From: an uncultured Actinomycetes bacterium
GTDB lineage: Bacteria; Actinomycetota; Actinomycetes; S36-B12; CAIYMF01
DNA length: 32,000 nucleotides
Reading direction: 5' to 3'
NCBI GenBank assembly: GCA_963843975.1
Contig: CAWJMG010000003.1
Span: 1,590,001 to 1,622,000, forward strand
Shown: in pieces, positions 1-9,597 of the stretch
Layout: each line of letters begins with the position of its first letter
Numbering within the stretch: the stretch's first letter is position 1
Position numbers and translations under genes: made by a program
Notes under the pieces: model-generated
Told to the model about the DNA's origin: nothing
What the model saw: only the letters and a program-made list of their open reading frames with translations
Database searches by the model: none

Positions 1-219
1 GAGCGCCGAGCGCAGCGAGGCGCTCGACGGACCCGTCACTCACGGCCAAGACAAGCGCACGGCGGCGAAGCCGAGCACCACCCACGAGCTGCACCCGCCC
101 ACCGAAGCCCACCCCAACCCGAGCCGGCCCGAACCCGACCCCGACCCCGAGCCGCCCCCCCAGCGGTCTGCACCCACGAAGGGTCAAGACCCCACCGTGC
201 CCCTGCCGATAATGACCAC

Positions 220-1578
220 ATGGGTCCCCACCGTCACGCCGTGGTCGACACCCCGGGCCATGTGCCGGCGCCGCCCGCGGTTGCCGGCGTTCCTGCCCAT
301 GACGTCGCGCTCCTGACGAGTCCCGAGGTCTACCGGACCGTGGCGCAGCAGTCCGCCGTCGCGATGTTCCTCGTGGCTCCCGACGGGCGGTTCGTCGTGG
401 CCAACCCGGCCGCCTGCGACCTGTTCGGACGCTCCGAGGAGGAGCTCCTCTCCCTCTCCCTCCCCGACGTCTCGCACCTGGACGACCTGGAGTGGAGCGG
501 CGCCCAGCTGTCGCGCGCGATCGACGAGGGGACGTCGGCGTACCGCATCCAGAAGCGCTACCTCCGACCGGACGGCAGCGCGGTGGCCGCCGACGTGACC
601 GTCTCGCTGCTCCGCGACGAGCATGGTCGCCCGCTGGGCTTCTTCGCGTCGGCCGTCGACGACACCGAGCGCCTCGAAGCACAGCGCCGGGCCAACGCGG
701 CGTCCGCGCTCCTCCGAGCGTCCATGGACTCCCTGCTCGATCCCTGGGTCCTGCTGCGCTCGGTCCGCGACGCCGACGGGACGGTCACCGACTTCGAGTA
801 CGTCGAGGCGAACAAGGAGGCGTGCCGGCACAACGCGATGACTCACGGGGACCTGATCGGCAGGCGCCTGCTCGACCTCCTCCCCGGCCACCGCGGCCAG
901 CTCCTCGCCGACTACGCGCGGGTGCTGGAGTCGGGAGAGCCGCTGATCCACGACGACCTGCCGTTCGTCACCGGCGGCGAGGTCCGGTGGTTCGACAACC
1001 GGGCAGTGAAGGTGGGAGACAACGACCTGTCGTTCACCTGGCGCGACGTCACGGACAATCACAGGCTCCGCGGCGAGCTTGCCCGTCGAGCCACGACCGA
1101 TCCTCTCACCGGTCTCTACAACCGGGCGGGGCTGGCCGAGGCGGTGGCGCGCATGAGCGGCCCCGAGCGACGCAACGGCCCGGCCGGCATGGCCGCCCTG
1201 TACCTGGACCTCGATGGCCTCAACACGATCAACAACCGCTACGGGCATCCGGCCGGGGACGCCGTCCTCCGCGCCGTCGGCGACCGCATCGCAGGGGCGC
1301 TGCGGGCGACCGACGTCGTGGCACGCGTGGGCGGCGACGAGTTCGTGGTCCTGGCACCTGGTGTGGGCGACGGAGTCGCCGACACCCTCGCGGTGAAGAT
1401 CGCGCAGGCGGTGACCCGACCCGTTCGGGTCGAGGGCGCTTCGATCGTGCCCACGATCAGCGTGGGTGTCTGCGTGGGCTCGGACGACGTCGGTATCGAC
1501 GAGCTGATCGCGCGAGCCGACGCCTCGTTGCTGGAGCGCAAGCGGCGTCTGTACGACACGCCCGACGGCGGCGCCTGA
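220..1578 (+). CDS. PAS/PAS-GGDEF diguanylate cyclase
   Basis: 452-aa ORF. It has two PAS-like segments (FLVAPDGRFVVANPAACDLFG..., DADGTVTDFEYVEANKEA...). A GGDEF domain follows, with DPLTGLYNR and an intact RVGGDEFVVL motif. The start could lie further downstream. Confidence 0.85.
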   Translation: MGPHRHAVVDTPGHVPAPPAVAGVPAHDVALLTSPEVYRTVAQQSAVAMFLVAPDGRFVVANPAACDLFGRSEEELLSLSLPDVSHLDDLEWSGAQLSRAIDEGTSAYRIQKRYLRPDGSAVAADVTVSLLRDEHGRPLGFFASAVDDTERLEAQRRANAASALLRASMDSLLDPWVLLRSVRDADGTVTDFEYVEANKEACRHNAMTHGDLIGRRLLDLLPGHRGQLLADYARVLESGEPLIHDDLPFVTGGEVRWFDNRAVKVGDNDLSFTWRDVTDNHRLRGELARRATTDPLTGLYNRAGLAEAVARMSGPERRNGPAGMAALYLDLDGLNTINNRYGHPAGDAVLRAVGDRIAGALRATDVVARVGGDEFVVLAPGVGDGVADTLAVKIAQAVTRPVRVEGASIVPTISVGVCVGSDDVGIDELIARADASLLERKRRLYDTPDGGA

Positions 1579-1592
1579 GCGCATCGCCTGGA

Positions 1593-1608
1593 CCGGCGTG
1601 CACGTCGG
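1593..1608. terminator. near-perfect 16-bp palindrome between convergent genes
   Basis: ccggcgtgcacgtcgg sits in the 37-bp gap between the GGDEF stop (1578) and the ABC ATPase stop (1616). No U-tract follows. Confidence 0.25.
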
Positions 1609-1615
1609 CGCGCTG

Positions 1616-2239
1616 CTAGGCGTGCACCCGACCGCCGACGAGATGCACGACAACATCGGCCACGGCGCTGACCCGGGGGTCGTGCGTCGCGACGACGAGC
1701 GTCGATCCTCCCGACCGCGCCCGCAGCAGCACCTCGAGCACGCGCTCGACGTTCTCGTCGTCCTGGTGGGAGGTCGGCTCGTCGAGCAGCGCGACGCGCG
1801 GGTGCAGGAGCAGGCCGCGCGCGATCCCGGTGCGCTGCTGCTCCCCCAGGCTCGTCCCCGTGGCGGGCTGGTCCGCGATCGCGTCGAGGGCGAGGTCGGC
1901 CAGCAGCCCCTCGTCGACCTCACGGCTGCGCAGCGCGGCGGGCAGCAGTACGTTCTCGCGCACCGACAGCGCACCGGCCACGGTCGAGTGCTGAGGCGTC
2001 AGCGAGACCAGCGACCAGTCGTGCAGGTCGGTCGCCGGCCGGTCGAGGACGACGACGGACCCACGGGTCGGCGCCTGCACGCCGGCCAGCAGGTGCAGCA
2101 GCGTGGTCTTGCCCGAGCCCGACCGGCCGGACAGGACGACGAGCATGCCCGCGCTGGCGGTCAGGGACACGTCGTCGAGCACGGTCGTGCGCCCGGCGAC
2201 CTGGGTGACCTCGTCGACGACGACGGTGGGCCCGGTCAT
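1616..2239 (-). CDS. ABC transporter ATP-binding protein with atypical signature motif
   Basis: Walker A GRSGSGKTT, Walker B ALLDEPTSHQD, H-loop ATHD. The signature reads TSLGEQQR instead of LSGGQ. The 294-aa track ORF was trimmed to the ATG at 2239 (MTGPTVVVDEV...), which overlaps the upstream stop as ATGA. Confidence 0.85.
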   Translation of the reverse strand: MTGPTVVVDEVTQVAGRTTVLDDVSLTASAGMLVVLSGRSGSGKTTLLHLLAGVQAPTRGSVVVLDRPATDLHDWSLVSLTPQHSTVAGALSVRENVLLPAALRSREVDEGLLADLALDAIADQPATGTSLGEQQRTGIARGLLLHPRVALLDEPTSHQDDENVERVLEVLLRARSGGSTLVVATHDPRVSAVADVVVHLVGGRVHA

Positions 2240-3063
2240 GAGTCGCCGTCCAGGTCGGCGGGCCGACGGAGCACCACGTGGTCGTCCTCGAGGACGAGCT
2301 CGATGCGGTCGTCCGGGAAGAGCCGCAGCGCGGCGGGCGGCAGCTGCAGGCGGCCCGCCGAGTCGATGGGCACGAGCGCACGGCCCTCGGAGTGCTCGGC
2401 CGACAGCACGCCGTGGCGCAGGGCGAGCACGCGGTCGGTCACCGACACCACGCGGTCGTCGTGGCTGGCCACGACCACGCAGCTCCCCGCCTCCGCGCAC
2501 GCCCGCAGCTCCCCGAGCACCAGCGCCGCCGACTCGTCGTCGAGCTGAGCGGTCGGCTCGTCCGCGACCACGAGGCGCGCACCCGAGAGGACTGCGGCGA
2601 GCACGGCCAGTCGCTGCTGCTCGCCGCCGGAGAGCTCGTGGACTCGGGCGTCGCGACGGTGACCGAGCTGCAGCCGGTCGAGGGCGCCGTCGGGCACGGC
2701 CCGGCCGCGCAGGATCGCGACCTGGTCGAGCTGCTCCCGAACGCGCAGCGACGGCAGCAGAGCGTCGCTCGCACGCTGCGGCACCCAGGCGATGGTGCGG
2801 CGACGAAGCCGCGCGACCGCACGTGTCGACAGCCCTGACACGGGCGAGCCGAACACCTCGAGCTCGCCCGCCGTGTGCCGCTCGTTGAGGGCGAGGATCG
2901 AGAGCAGGCTCGACTTGCCGCTGCCGGACGGGCCAGTGATCGCACTCATCGTCCCTGTGCGGAACACCGCTTCGACGCCGCGCAGCGCCTGCACCTCTCC
3001 GGTGGCGGCCCAGTAGAGCTTCACGAGCCGGTCGCAGCGGACCGCGGTGGTCTCAGCCGTCAC
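2236..3063 (-). CDS. ABC transporter ATP-binding protein with C-terminal AbrB/SpoVT-like extension
   Basis: Walker A GPSGSGKSS, signature LSGGEQQR, Walker B VVADEPTAQLD, H-loop ASHD. The C-terminal tail IDSAGRLQLPPAALRLFPDDRIELVLEDDHVVLRRP fits the swapped-hairpin AbrB/MazE pattern. Start taken as GTG at 3063, overlapping the permease stop. Confidence 0.85.
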   Translation of the reverse strand: MTAETTAVRCDRLVKLYWAATGEVQALRGVEAVFRTGTMSAITGPSGSGKSSLLSILALNERHTAGELEVFGSPVSGLSTRAVARLRRRTIAWVPQRASDALLPSLRVREQLDQVAILRGRAVPDGALDRLQLGHRRDARVHELSGGEQQRLAVLAAVLSGARLVVADEPTAQLDDESAALVLGELRACAEAGSCVVVASHDDRVVSVTDRVLALRHGVLSAEHSEGRALVPIDSAGRLQLPPAALRLFPDDRIELVLEDDHVVLRRPADLDGDS

Positions 3064-5860
3064 GGAGCACCACCTCCTCCGCGCCCGCCGCCCGCGACCC
3101 GCTCGAGGCGGACACGCGGGCGACGACGAAGCCGACGACCGCGACGCCGAGCGTGATGGCGAGGGCCGGGAGCGCCACGCGGAACTCGAACGACGGATGC
3201 GCCGTGCGGTCGAGGTCGAACAGCGCAGCACCCACCGGCGTGACGAGGTACGTCGTGATCACCGCCGCGACCAGCGCGACGAGGACGGAGAAGCCGAGCT
3301 GCCAGGCCTGGGCCGCGGCGACACCGCGCCGACCGAGCCCGACCCGCTCGAGCATCGCGTCAGCGCCGCGCGTGCGCCTCGCCGTACGCCGGGCCTGCTC
3401 GGCGAGCACGACCAACGACGTGAGCGCGACGAACGCCGCCAGAGCCACGAGATAGCCGAGCGACCGCGACGCGGCGTCCAGCGCAGGATCGATGCCGAGC
3501 TGTGCCGGAGTCGTGGTCTTCAGCACCGTCCCGCCCCCGTTCTCGAGGCTCTGGATGAGTGCCGGCACCGAGCCCGCCGACCAGTACCAGGTCTCGGAGT
3601 AAGCCAGGGGGACGGCGTCCTTGGGTGGGGCGAGCCGAGGGTCGCTTCGCCCCCACCGCGGCAGCAGGACCTCGTACGGCGCGACGAGCAGCGGACGTGT
3701 GCCGAGGCCAGGGAACGAGTCGGTCGTGGCGACGACCCGGACGTTGACCTGCCACCCCTGCGCGGACATCACCACCAGCTGGCCGGTGCGCACCGAGGGG
3801 TCGTTCACCGCGATGACGGGCACGGTGCCGGACGGGATGCCGGTCGGCGGGTTGTCGCGGGCGTCCTGCAGCACCGGGAGCAGATCGCGCACGGCGGCCA
3901 GCTGCTGCCCCTGCCCCCACGAGGCGACCGGGCCGAACGCGAGCGGGTCGACGGCCATCACGTCGTGGTAGCCGAAGTCGCCCTCGAGGCTGGCGAGCGT
4001 GCGCCACACGACCGTCGTGCCGGCGGGCACCACGACGGGACGCGGGGTCGGCATGCGCTTGCCCTCGTTCTCCTCCTTCGCCGTGAGCGCATGGGGGGCG
4101 CGAGGATCGAGCTCCCACGTCCCCGCGATCTGCACGGCCGCTTCCGCTCCCGAGCGCACCGCGACGCGGTCGGCGATCGCGGTACGGGTGCCGGCGACAG
4201 CGGTCGCCGTCACGAGCACCAGGCCGAGCCCGAGCGAGAGAGCGGCGACCGGCAGCACGGTCTCGGTGCCGCCGGACGTCGTCCGCCGACGACCGAGCCA
4301 CCGGCCCGCGGCTCCGACGGACGTGGGGAGCGACGTACGCCGGGAGCGCCCGATGCGGGCGGCGAGCGTGGCGACGGAGGCGCCCACGGCGAGCGCGACG
4401 AGCGCCGGGGTCAGGATCGCGACCGGGCCCGGGGAGGTGCTGCGCGCGGTGGCCGTCGCGAGCAGCGCCGTGGCAGCGATGACGACGACGAGCGCGACCC
4501 ACGGGAAGGCCCGACGTCGTCCTGCGGGCTGCGGGCGGTCGGACGCGAGCACCACGACGGCCGCGGTCACGAGGACGACCACGAGCGCGATGGCACCGAC
4601 GACGGCAGCGGCGCGCACGGCCTCGGTCACCGCTGACGACGACGGAGTGCCCGACGGCCCGAGCCGGAGCAGCGTCAGCCGGGCCAGCCCGACTCCCCCG
4701 GCCACCGCGAGGACGACCGGGAGGAACGACTCGAGAAGCCACGTGCCCGCGGTGCGGATCGGCCCGAGACCGATCGCGGCTCCGTGGCGCAGCTCGACGC
4801 GTCGGTCCGAGGCGACGAGCAATGCGACCACGAGCACCGCGAGCAGTCCGGTCGCCGCTCCCGCGGCCGCGAGCAGGCTCGCGCGCTCGCGCGTCGCGTC
4901 GCGCAGGGCGACGGCCGAGGCGACGACGTCCTCGATGCCCGAGACGAGCCCGGTGCGCAGCGGGCCGGGCGGCTCGTTGGACGGCGAGCGCACGAAGTCG
5001 CGCAGCTCGGCGACGCCCGCGGCGGTGCTCTCCGCATCCGCCAACGAGATGCCGGGCGCGAGCGTGGACTCGGTGGTCCACAAGAGCGAGTCCCGGGTGA
5101 CGTCCGCGAGACGCGCGGCGGTGGAGACGTCCGCCACGACGAGGTACGACGCCTTGTTGAGGAACTCGGTGTCGGAGGGGATGCCGCCGACGCGGCGCGA
5201 CCAGACGGCCGTCCCTGGCGGGTCGGCGGGCCTCCGGCCGTCCGTGCCCGCTGCGTAGATGCCGTCGACGACCACCCGAGCCACCGGGTCGGGCTTCGCG
5301 CCCTTGGGCGGCGCGTGGGTCGCATCGCTGGTCACGACGAGCAGCTCGACGGTGTCGCCAGGCCCTACGCCGAGCTGCTCGGCGACCGGCGCGGGGAGCC
5401 ACACGCCGGTTCCGTCCCCGCGCGTCGGGCCCTCCGCCACGAGCGAGGCCTCAGGGCTCTCCACCGCTGTCAGCCGCGCGCGCACGGTGGTGCCGTTCGC
5501 CCGTACGACGGGCCGCACGAACTCGGAGTAGCGCACTTCCGGCGCGACCGAGAACGCCAGCGTCGCCGGCGTCGTCAGGCCCGGGATCGAACCGAGCAGC
5601 CGCACCGAGCGCTCCTGCTCCGCGTCGGTCGGCGCCGCGCCGGACACGACCCGCACGCTGTCCGAGTCGGCCGTCCGCGCGGTGACGGGGAGCGCCGACC
5701 GGACCGTCGTGAGCGCGTCATCCCCCGAGAGCTGGACGAACAACGGCGCCGACGCGGCGCTGGTGGTCGCGGCGAGGACCGCGAGGAGGAGGAGGGGGCC
5801 CGAACCGCCTCGGCGCCAGGCGCGCCCGGGAGCACGGCGCCACACCGGGGACAACCGCAC
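3053..5860 (-). CDS. FtsX-like ABC permease, two-module (935 aa)
   Basis: N-terminal TM helix and large Ala/Val-rich extracytoplasmic regions. Two clusters of FtsX-type helices lie mid-protein and at the C-terminus. GTG start is preceded by AGGAGG. The gene is co-oriented with and overlaps the ATPase genes. Confidence 0.85.
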   Translation of the reverse strand: MRLSPVWRRAPGRAWRRGGSGPLLLLAVLAATTSAASAPLFVQLSGDDALTTVRSALPVTARTADSDSVRVVSGAAPTDAEQERSVRLLGSIPGLTTPATLAFSVAPEVRYSEFVRPVVRANGTTVRARLTAVESPEASLVAEGPTRGDGTGVWLPAPVAEQLGVGPGDTVELLVVTSDATHAPPKGAKPDPVARVVVDGIYAAGTDGRRPADPPGTAVWSRRVGGIPSDTEFLNKASYLVVADVSTAARLADVTRDSLLWTTESTLAPGISLADAESTAAGVAELRDFVRSPSNEPPGPLRTGLVSGIEDVVASAVALRDATRERASLLAAAGAATGLLAVLVVALLVASDRRVELRHGAAIGLGPIRTAGTWLLESFLPVVLAVAGGVGLARLTLLRLGPSGTPSSSAVTEAVRAAAVVGAIALVVVLVTAAVVVLASDRPQPAGRRRAFPWVALVVVIAATALLATATARSTSPGPVAILTPALVALAVGASVATLAARIGRSRRTSLPTSVGAAGRWLGRRRTTSGGTETVLPVAALSLGLGLVLVTATAVAGTRTAIADRVAVRSGAEAAVQIAGTWELDPRAPHALTAKEENEGKRMPTPRPVVVPAGTTVVWRTLASLEGDFGYHDVMAVDPLAFGPVASWGQGQQLAAVRDLLPVLQDARDNPPTGIPSGTVPVIAVNDPSVRTGQLVVMSAQGWQVNVRVVATTDSFPGLGTRPLLVAPYEVLLPRWGRSDPRLAPPKDAVPLAYSETWYWSAGSVPALIQSLENGGGTVLKTTTPAQLGIDPALDAASRSLGYLVALAAFVALTSLVVLAEQARRTARRTRGADAMLERVGLGRRGVAAAQAWQLGFSVLVALVAAVITTYLVTPVGAALFDLDRTAHPSFEFRVALPALAITLGVAVVGFVVARVSASSGSRAAGAEEVVLRDG

Positions 5861-5932
5861 GAGGACCTCCTGCGGCGATCGTAGGCGAGCCCCGGAGTCC
5901 CGCGCCGGACAGATAGGGCACCGGGATGCGCA

Positions 5933-5964
5933 CGGCCCCGTACGTCTCGTGGACTGCGGGGCCG
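5933..5964 (-). terminator. hairpin downstream of the protease gene
   Basis: 8-bp GC stem cggccccg/cggggccg with a 16-nt loop, in the 120-bp gap between the protease stop and the permease start. No U-tract. Confidence 0.35.
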
Positions 5965-5980
5965 CGGCGGATCGTGGAAC

Positions 5981-8074
5981 TCAGCCCAGGACGACGACTC
6001 CGTCGAAGCCGAGGGCGCCGGCGGTGCCGCCGCTCATGTTCTTCACCGTCACGCGGTGGGTGCCGGTCGAGCCGAAGCTCGTCGCGTAGACGGCCTTCAC
6101 GCCGCTCGAGGACGAGCGCATGCACACCGTCGCGACGCGGACGCCGTCGACGAAGACGACCGCCCAGCCGTTGTGCGTACCGCGCTGCAGCAGCACCGAC
6201 AGGCTCGAGGCGGTGACGACGGTCGTGGCCGACGCGTACCGGCGTGCGGTGCGGTGCACCGAGCCGCCCATCGCGACGGACGACGTCGCGAGCGACCAGC
6301 TGCCGGCGTACGCCGTGGCGGTGCGGTCGCCGCGGTAGAGGGCCTTGGCCGCACCGGTGGAGGTCCACACCGATCCGTCGGCGCTCGGCACGGTGACGGT
6401 GCGGCGCACGGTCGACCAGGACGGTGAGGCGACGCCGGTGCCGGTGGCCGACTGCGGCGTCGTGCCTGCCGCGCTGTCGACGCCCCAGCGCCAGGTGAGC
6501 GGGACGGCCGGGCCGGTCGCGGTGCGGACGACGGCACCGGTGCGCAGCGATGCGACCGGGGCGCTCACGTCGAGGACGGTGAGGCCGAGGGTGCCGGCGG
6601 CGGGGACGCCGCCGATCTCGTAGTCGATGACCGCGCCGACCGTGGTGCGGGCGGTGACGCGGACGCGCAGCGCTCCAGCCGCGAGGGTGACCCACTGGCC
6701 GTCGGGGAGCGCCGCGTCGAGGGCGCCGAAGCCGGCGTCGGTGGTGCTCGGGTCCCCGTCGAGGAGGTACGTCTCACGCGCGGCGAACGTCGCGCCCGCG
6801 GTCTGGTCGAGCTCGCGGCGGACGGTGACGCCGGTGGTGCCCCAGCCGGGGAGCCCGTACATCCACGCGTCCTGGCCGAGGGCCACGCGGTACTCGAGCA
6901 CGTAGTGGGTCGTGCCGTCGGTGAGCGTCAGCAGCCGCATCCCGCTGCCGGAGGCCAGCGGCGCCAGCGTGACGCGGCCGGACGTCGTCGGCTGGGCCTG
7001 CGAGGCGGGCGAGGTGAGCAGCCCGAGGTAGCGCAGGTGCGAGCCGTTGAGGTAGCCCTGGTTCTGCCAGGCCACGCCCATGATGTCGTTGGAGTCCATG
7101 TACGCGCGCTTGGTGCACGACGCGATGGCGGCGTCCGTGACCCGGGTGCCGTTGTCGGTGCAGACGAGCGTCGAGGAGTGGCCGAGGCTCAGGTTGTGGC
7201 CGAGCTCGTGGCCGAGGACGCTCGTCGTCGTGTAGCCGTTGCTCCAGAGCACGCCGCCCGAGCTGCGACCGGAGCCGACGGTGCCGAGGCCCGCGATGCC
7301 GCCGCACGTGGCGAGGGTCTTGAAGTAGACGACGAGGTGCTTGCCCGGGCCCTCGACGAAGCCGGTCCTCGCCTGCACCTCGGACCAGAACGCGAACGAG
7401 CCGTTGACGTCGCCGTTGCCCGAGCACGGACTGCTCGTCGTGGTGACGACCTTCGGGTACGCCGTCGCGTCGAAGGTGACCGAGCCGCCGGTCATCTTCG
7501 ACCAGTACGAGCTGACCGAGCCCTCGATCTTCGCGACGATCTCCGCGGCCGTGACGTCGGATGCGCTGCCACCCGCGGGGACGGCGATGACGACGAGTGC
7601 GTGGTGGCTCGCGCCGGAGGTCAGCGCGGTGGTCGTGTCGGCCGCGACCCCGAGGCCGGTGTCGGTCAGCGCGCTCGACCTCTCGGCGACGACCGAGACC
7701 CCCGTGACGCGGGCGCCGGCCTCGACGTCGGTCGTGCCGCCGGTGGCCTCGACGCCGGACGCAGACACCTCGGCGGTGGCGGAGTCGGCGAGCCCGACGC
7801 GCACGGTGGCGCCGTCGGGCACGCGGGCGAAGGACGATGACGGCACCTGCACGGCATCGTTCCCCGTGCGGACGAACGTGAGCGCGGCGTCGTCCGTGCC
7901 GGCGACATGGCTGCCGAAGTCGTCGACGAGGAAGCGCTCGACGGTGCCGGTCACGACCAGCTCCGCGCCGCCGGACGTCGGGACCGCGCCTGCTACGGGC
8001 GCGAGGCTCACGACCAGGCCCGCGGCGGCCGCGCACGCGGCTGCGGCCAGGACGGGGGTGCGGCGTCGCGTCAT
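5981..8074 (-). CDS. secreted zinc metalloprotease (metzincin/reprolysin-like) with large C-terminal beta-rich region
   Basis: Signal peptide MTRRRTPVLAAAACAAAAGLVVSLAPVAGA. Zinc motif HELGHNLSLGHS (HExxHxxxxxH). Long Thr/Ser/Val/Gly-rich C-terminal half. Confidence 0.8.
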   Translation of the reverse strand: MTRRRTPVLAAAACAAAAGLVVSLAPVAGAVPTSGGAELVVTGTVERFLVDDFGSHVAGTDDAALTFVRTGNDAVQVPSSSFARVPDGATVRVGLADSATAEVSASGVEATGGTTDVEAGARVTGVSVVAERSSALTDTGLGVAADTTTALTSGASHHALVVIAVPAGGSASDVTAAEIVAKIEGSVSSYWSKMTGGSVTFDATAYPKVVTTTSSPCSGNGDVNGSFAFWSEVQARTGFVEGPGKHLVVYFKTLATCGGIAGLGTVGSGRSSGGVLWSNGYTTTSVLGHELGHNLSLGHSSTLVCTDNGTRVTDAAIASCTKRAYMDSNDIMGVAWQNQGYLNGSHLRYLGLLTSPASQAQPTTSGRVTLAPLASGSGMRLLTLTDGTTHYVLEYRVALGQDAWMYGLPGWGTTGVTVRRELDQTAGATFAARETYLLDGDPSTTDAGFGALDAALPDGQWVTLAAGALRVRVTARTTVGAVIDYEIGGVPAAGTLGLTVLDVSAPVASLRTGAVVRTATGPAVPLTWRWGVDSAAGTTPQSATGTGVASPSWSTVRRTVTVPSADGSVWTSTGAAKALYRGDRTATAYAGSWSLATSSVAMGGSVHRTARRYASATTVVTASSLSVLLQRGTHNGWAVVFVDGVRVATVCMRSSSSGVKAVYATSFGSTGTHRVTVKNMSGGTAGALGFDGVVVLG

Positions 8075-8266
8075 GCCCAGTGCTTCGGAGTTCCGCGAGC
8101 GCGGTCTGCAGCCTCGTTGCTCCGTTCGGGTGGCTGACCTGTGTGATGCCCCAGACAGTCCGCCTCAAGATCCGCTCAACGACCACGAGGCGTGGCGATC
8201 GTCGGCCTGCGTGCCTCGAACGGCCCAGCGCCGGACGACGCACGGTGACCAGCGACGCCGGCTGCC

Positions 8267-8848
8267 GTGCGGCTCCTGACACCCCGGGCGGCTGGCAGAC
8301 TCTGCGGCGTGAGCGCGCCGACCCCCGACCCCGCCGTCGTCCCGCCGTCCGAGCACGTCGACGAGGGCCGGTACGACGCGGGCGACCCGCACCGGCGGCG
8401 GTCCGCGCACCTGTACGGCCTCATCGTGAGCGGCGCGGTGCTGGCCACCGCCCCGGACGACTACCGCCTCGTGCGCGTGGCCTTCGCCCTCGTCGCGACG
8501 CTGGCGACCTACTGGATCGCCGAGACGTACGTGCACTGGATCGCGACCCGAACGATCCACGGCCGCGACCTCACCGGGGCCGAGCGACGTCGGATCGTCG
8601 CCGACGGATGGCCGCTCATGGCCGCCTGCATCGTGCCGATCGCGGTCCTGTTCGCCGAGGCCGTCCTGCAGGTCGAGACCGCCACGGCGATCAAGGTCGC
8701 ACTGGCCGTCAACACCGTGCTGCTCGGCGCGGTCGGCTGGAACATGGGCCGCGCCGGCGGCCTGCGCGGTGCGCGCCTCGTGGCGTCGACGGCCGCGACC
8801 GGCCTGCTCGGCGTGGTCATGATCGTCCTCAAGACCACGCTGCACTGA
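8267..8848 (+). CDS. integral membrane protein, unknown function
   Basis: 193-aa ORF with about 5 hydrophobic helices (LYGLIVSGAVLATAP, VAFALVATLATYWIA, ...). An alternative GTG start at 8309 is possible. Confidence 0.6.
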   Translation: MRLLTPRAAGRLCGVSAPTPDPAVVPPSEHVDEGRYDAGDPHRRRSAHLYGLIVSGAVLATAPDDYRLVRVAFALVATLATYWIAETYVHWIATRTIHGRDLTGAERRRIVADGWPLMAACIVPIAVLFAEAVLQVETATAIKVALAVNTVLLGAVGWNMGRAGGLRGARLVASTAATGLLGVVMIVLKTTLH

Positions 8849-8868
8849 CGGCGGCGCGCCAGGACGTG

Positions 8869-8905
8869 CGAGGACCCCGCCGCGCCAGGCGCTGCGGGGT
8901 CCTCG
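8869..8905. terminator. bidirectional hairpin between convergent genes
   Basis: Perfect 12-bp stem cgaggaccccgc/gcggggtcctcg with a 13-nt loop, located between the stops at 8848 and 8918. Confidence 0.55.
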
Positions 8906-8917
8906 TCGTACGTCAGG

Positions 8918-9301
8918 TCAGGACGCGAGCGCCTTGGCCTTGATCGCGTCGAACTCCTCCTGGGAGATCGCACCCGAGCTGAGAAGGTCGTGCGCGTTCT
9001 TGATCTGCGCGGTCGGGTCGGCAGCGGGGGCAGCCACCGAGCGGATGTAGTCGGCCTGGGCCGCCTCGACAGCCTTGTACTGCGCCATGTCGCGCTCGGT
9101 CATGCCCTTGCCGCGCACGATCACGTAGATCAGCGCCGAGAGGATCGTGAACACGAAGAGGGCGATCAGCCAGAGCGCCTTCGCGAAGCCACCGAGGTCA
9201 TCGCTGCGGAAGATGTCCACGATGATGCGGAACAGCAGGATGAAGTACATGACCATGAAGAAGAAGACGAGAAGCGTCCAGAGCCAGTCGACGAGGTTCA
9301 T
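8918..9301 (-). CDS. PLD-nuclease-N-like membrane domain / SHOCT domain protein
   Basis: 127 aa. Two N-terminal TM helices carry the [11 protein letters not shown]...[19 protein letters not shown] pattern. The C-terminus [21 protein letters not shown] is typical of SHOCT. Confidence 0.8.
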   Translation of the reverse strand: MNLVDWLWTLLVFFFMVMYFILLFRIIVDIFRSDDLGGFAKALWLIALFVFTILSALIYVIVRGKGMTERDMAQYKAVEAAQADYIRSVAAPAADPTAQIKNAHDLLSSGAISQEEFDAIKAKALAS

Positions 9302-9597
9302 CGCTGTGCCTTTCTGTCGTTAGCAGCCCCGGAGGGGGCCTCGTCCCGGCCGGGATGCCGGCCGGGGCGGCAGTCGCCGCGGATGCACGTGCGGGGGGCC
9401 GTCCTGACCCGCCACCCGTTCGGCGCACATCCTTGCGCATCGGACGCTCAGCGGTCACACCAACACCCAAGGTCACGATCCGGACCGGTTCCGGGCGGCT
9501 CCCGTCCACCGACGCCCGGCTGCCGGCGTGGCGGGATCACCCGCGAGTCACGAGCTCCCCTCCCTCTAGGCTCGGAGCACCCGACCACGGAGACGAG

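Noticed and set aside
2-316. Open frame at the left edge encoding a Pro/Glu/Asp-rich tail (…PPTEAHPNPSRPEPDPDPEPPPQRSAPTKGQDP…)
   Set aside because: It has high third-position GC and may be the C-terminal low-complexity tail of a gene truncated by the window edge. It has no start or recognisable domain, and its end would overlap the GGDEF gene start, so it cannot be delimited or named.
184-1974. 596-aa minus-strand ORF, and the 375-aa plus-strand ORF 492-1619, overlapping the GGDEF gene
   Set aside because: Their composition is Arg/Pro/Gly-rich with no motifs. They are antisense or out of frame to a gene with clear PAS/GGDEF motifs. This is the typical high-GC shadow ORF.
3047-5884. Long ORFs 3047-4636 (+), 3360-5402 (-), 3999-5258 (+) and 4784-5884 (+) overlapping the FtsX permease
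   Set aside because: All are Arg/Asp/Gly/Pro-rich low-complexity translations. Only the 3053-5860 minus frame gives TM helices and operon logic (RBS, overlaps with the ATPase genes).
5718-8282. ORFs 5718-6695 (-), 6774-8282 (-), 6905-7840 (+) and 7341-8279 (+) overlapping the metalloprotease gene
   Set aside because: They are shadow frames. The 5981-8074 frame alone has a signal peptide and the HExxHxxxxxH zinc motif.
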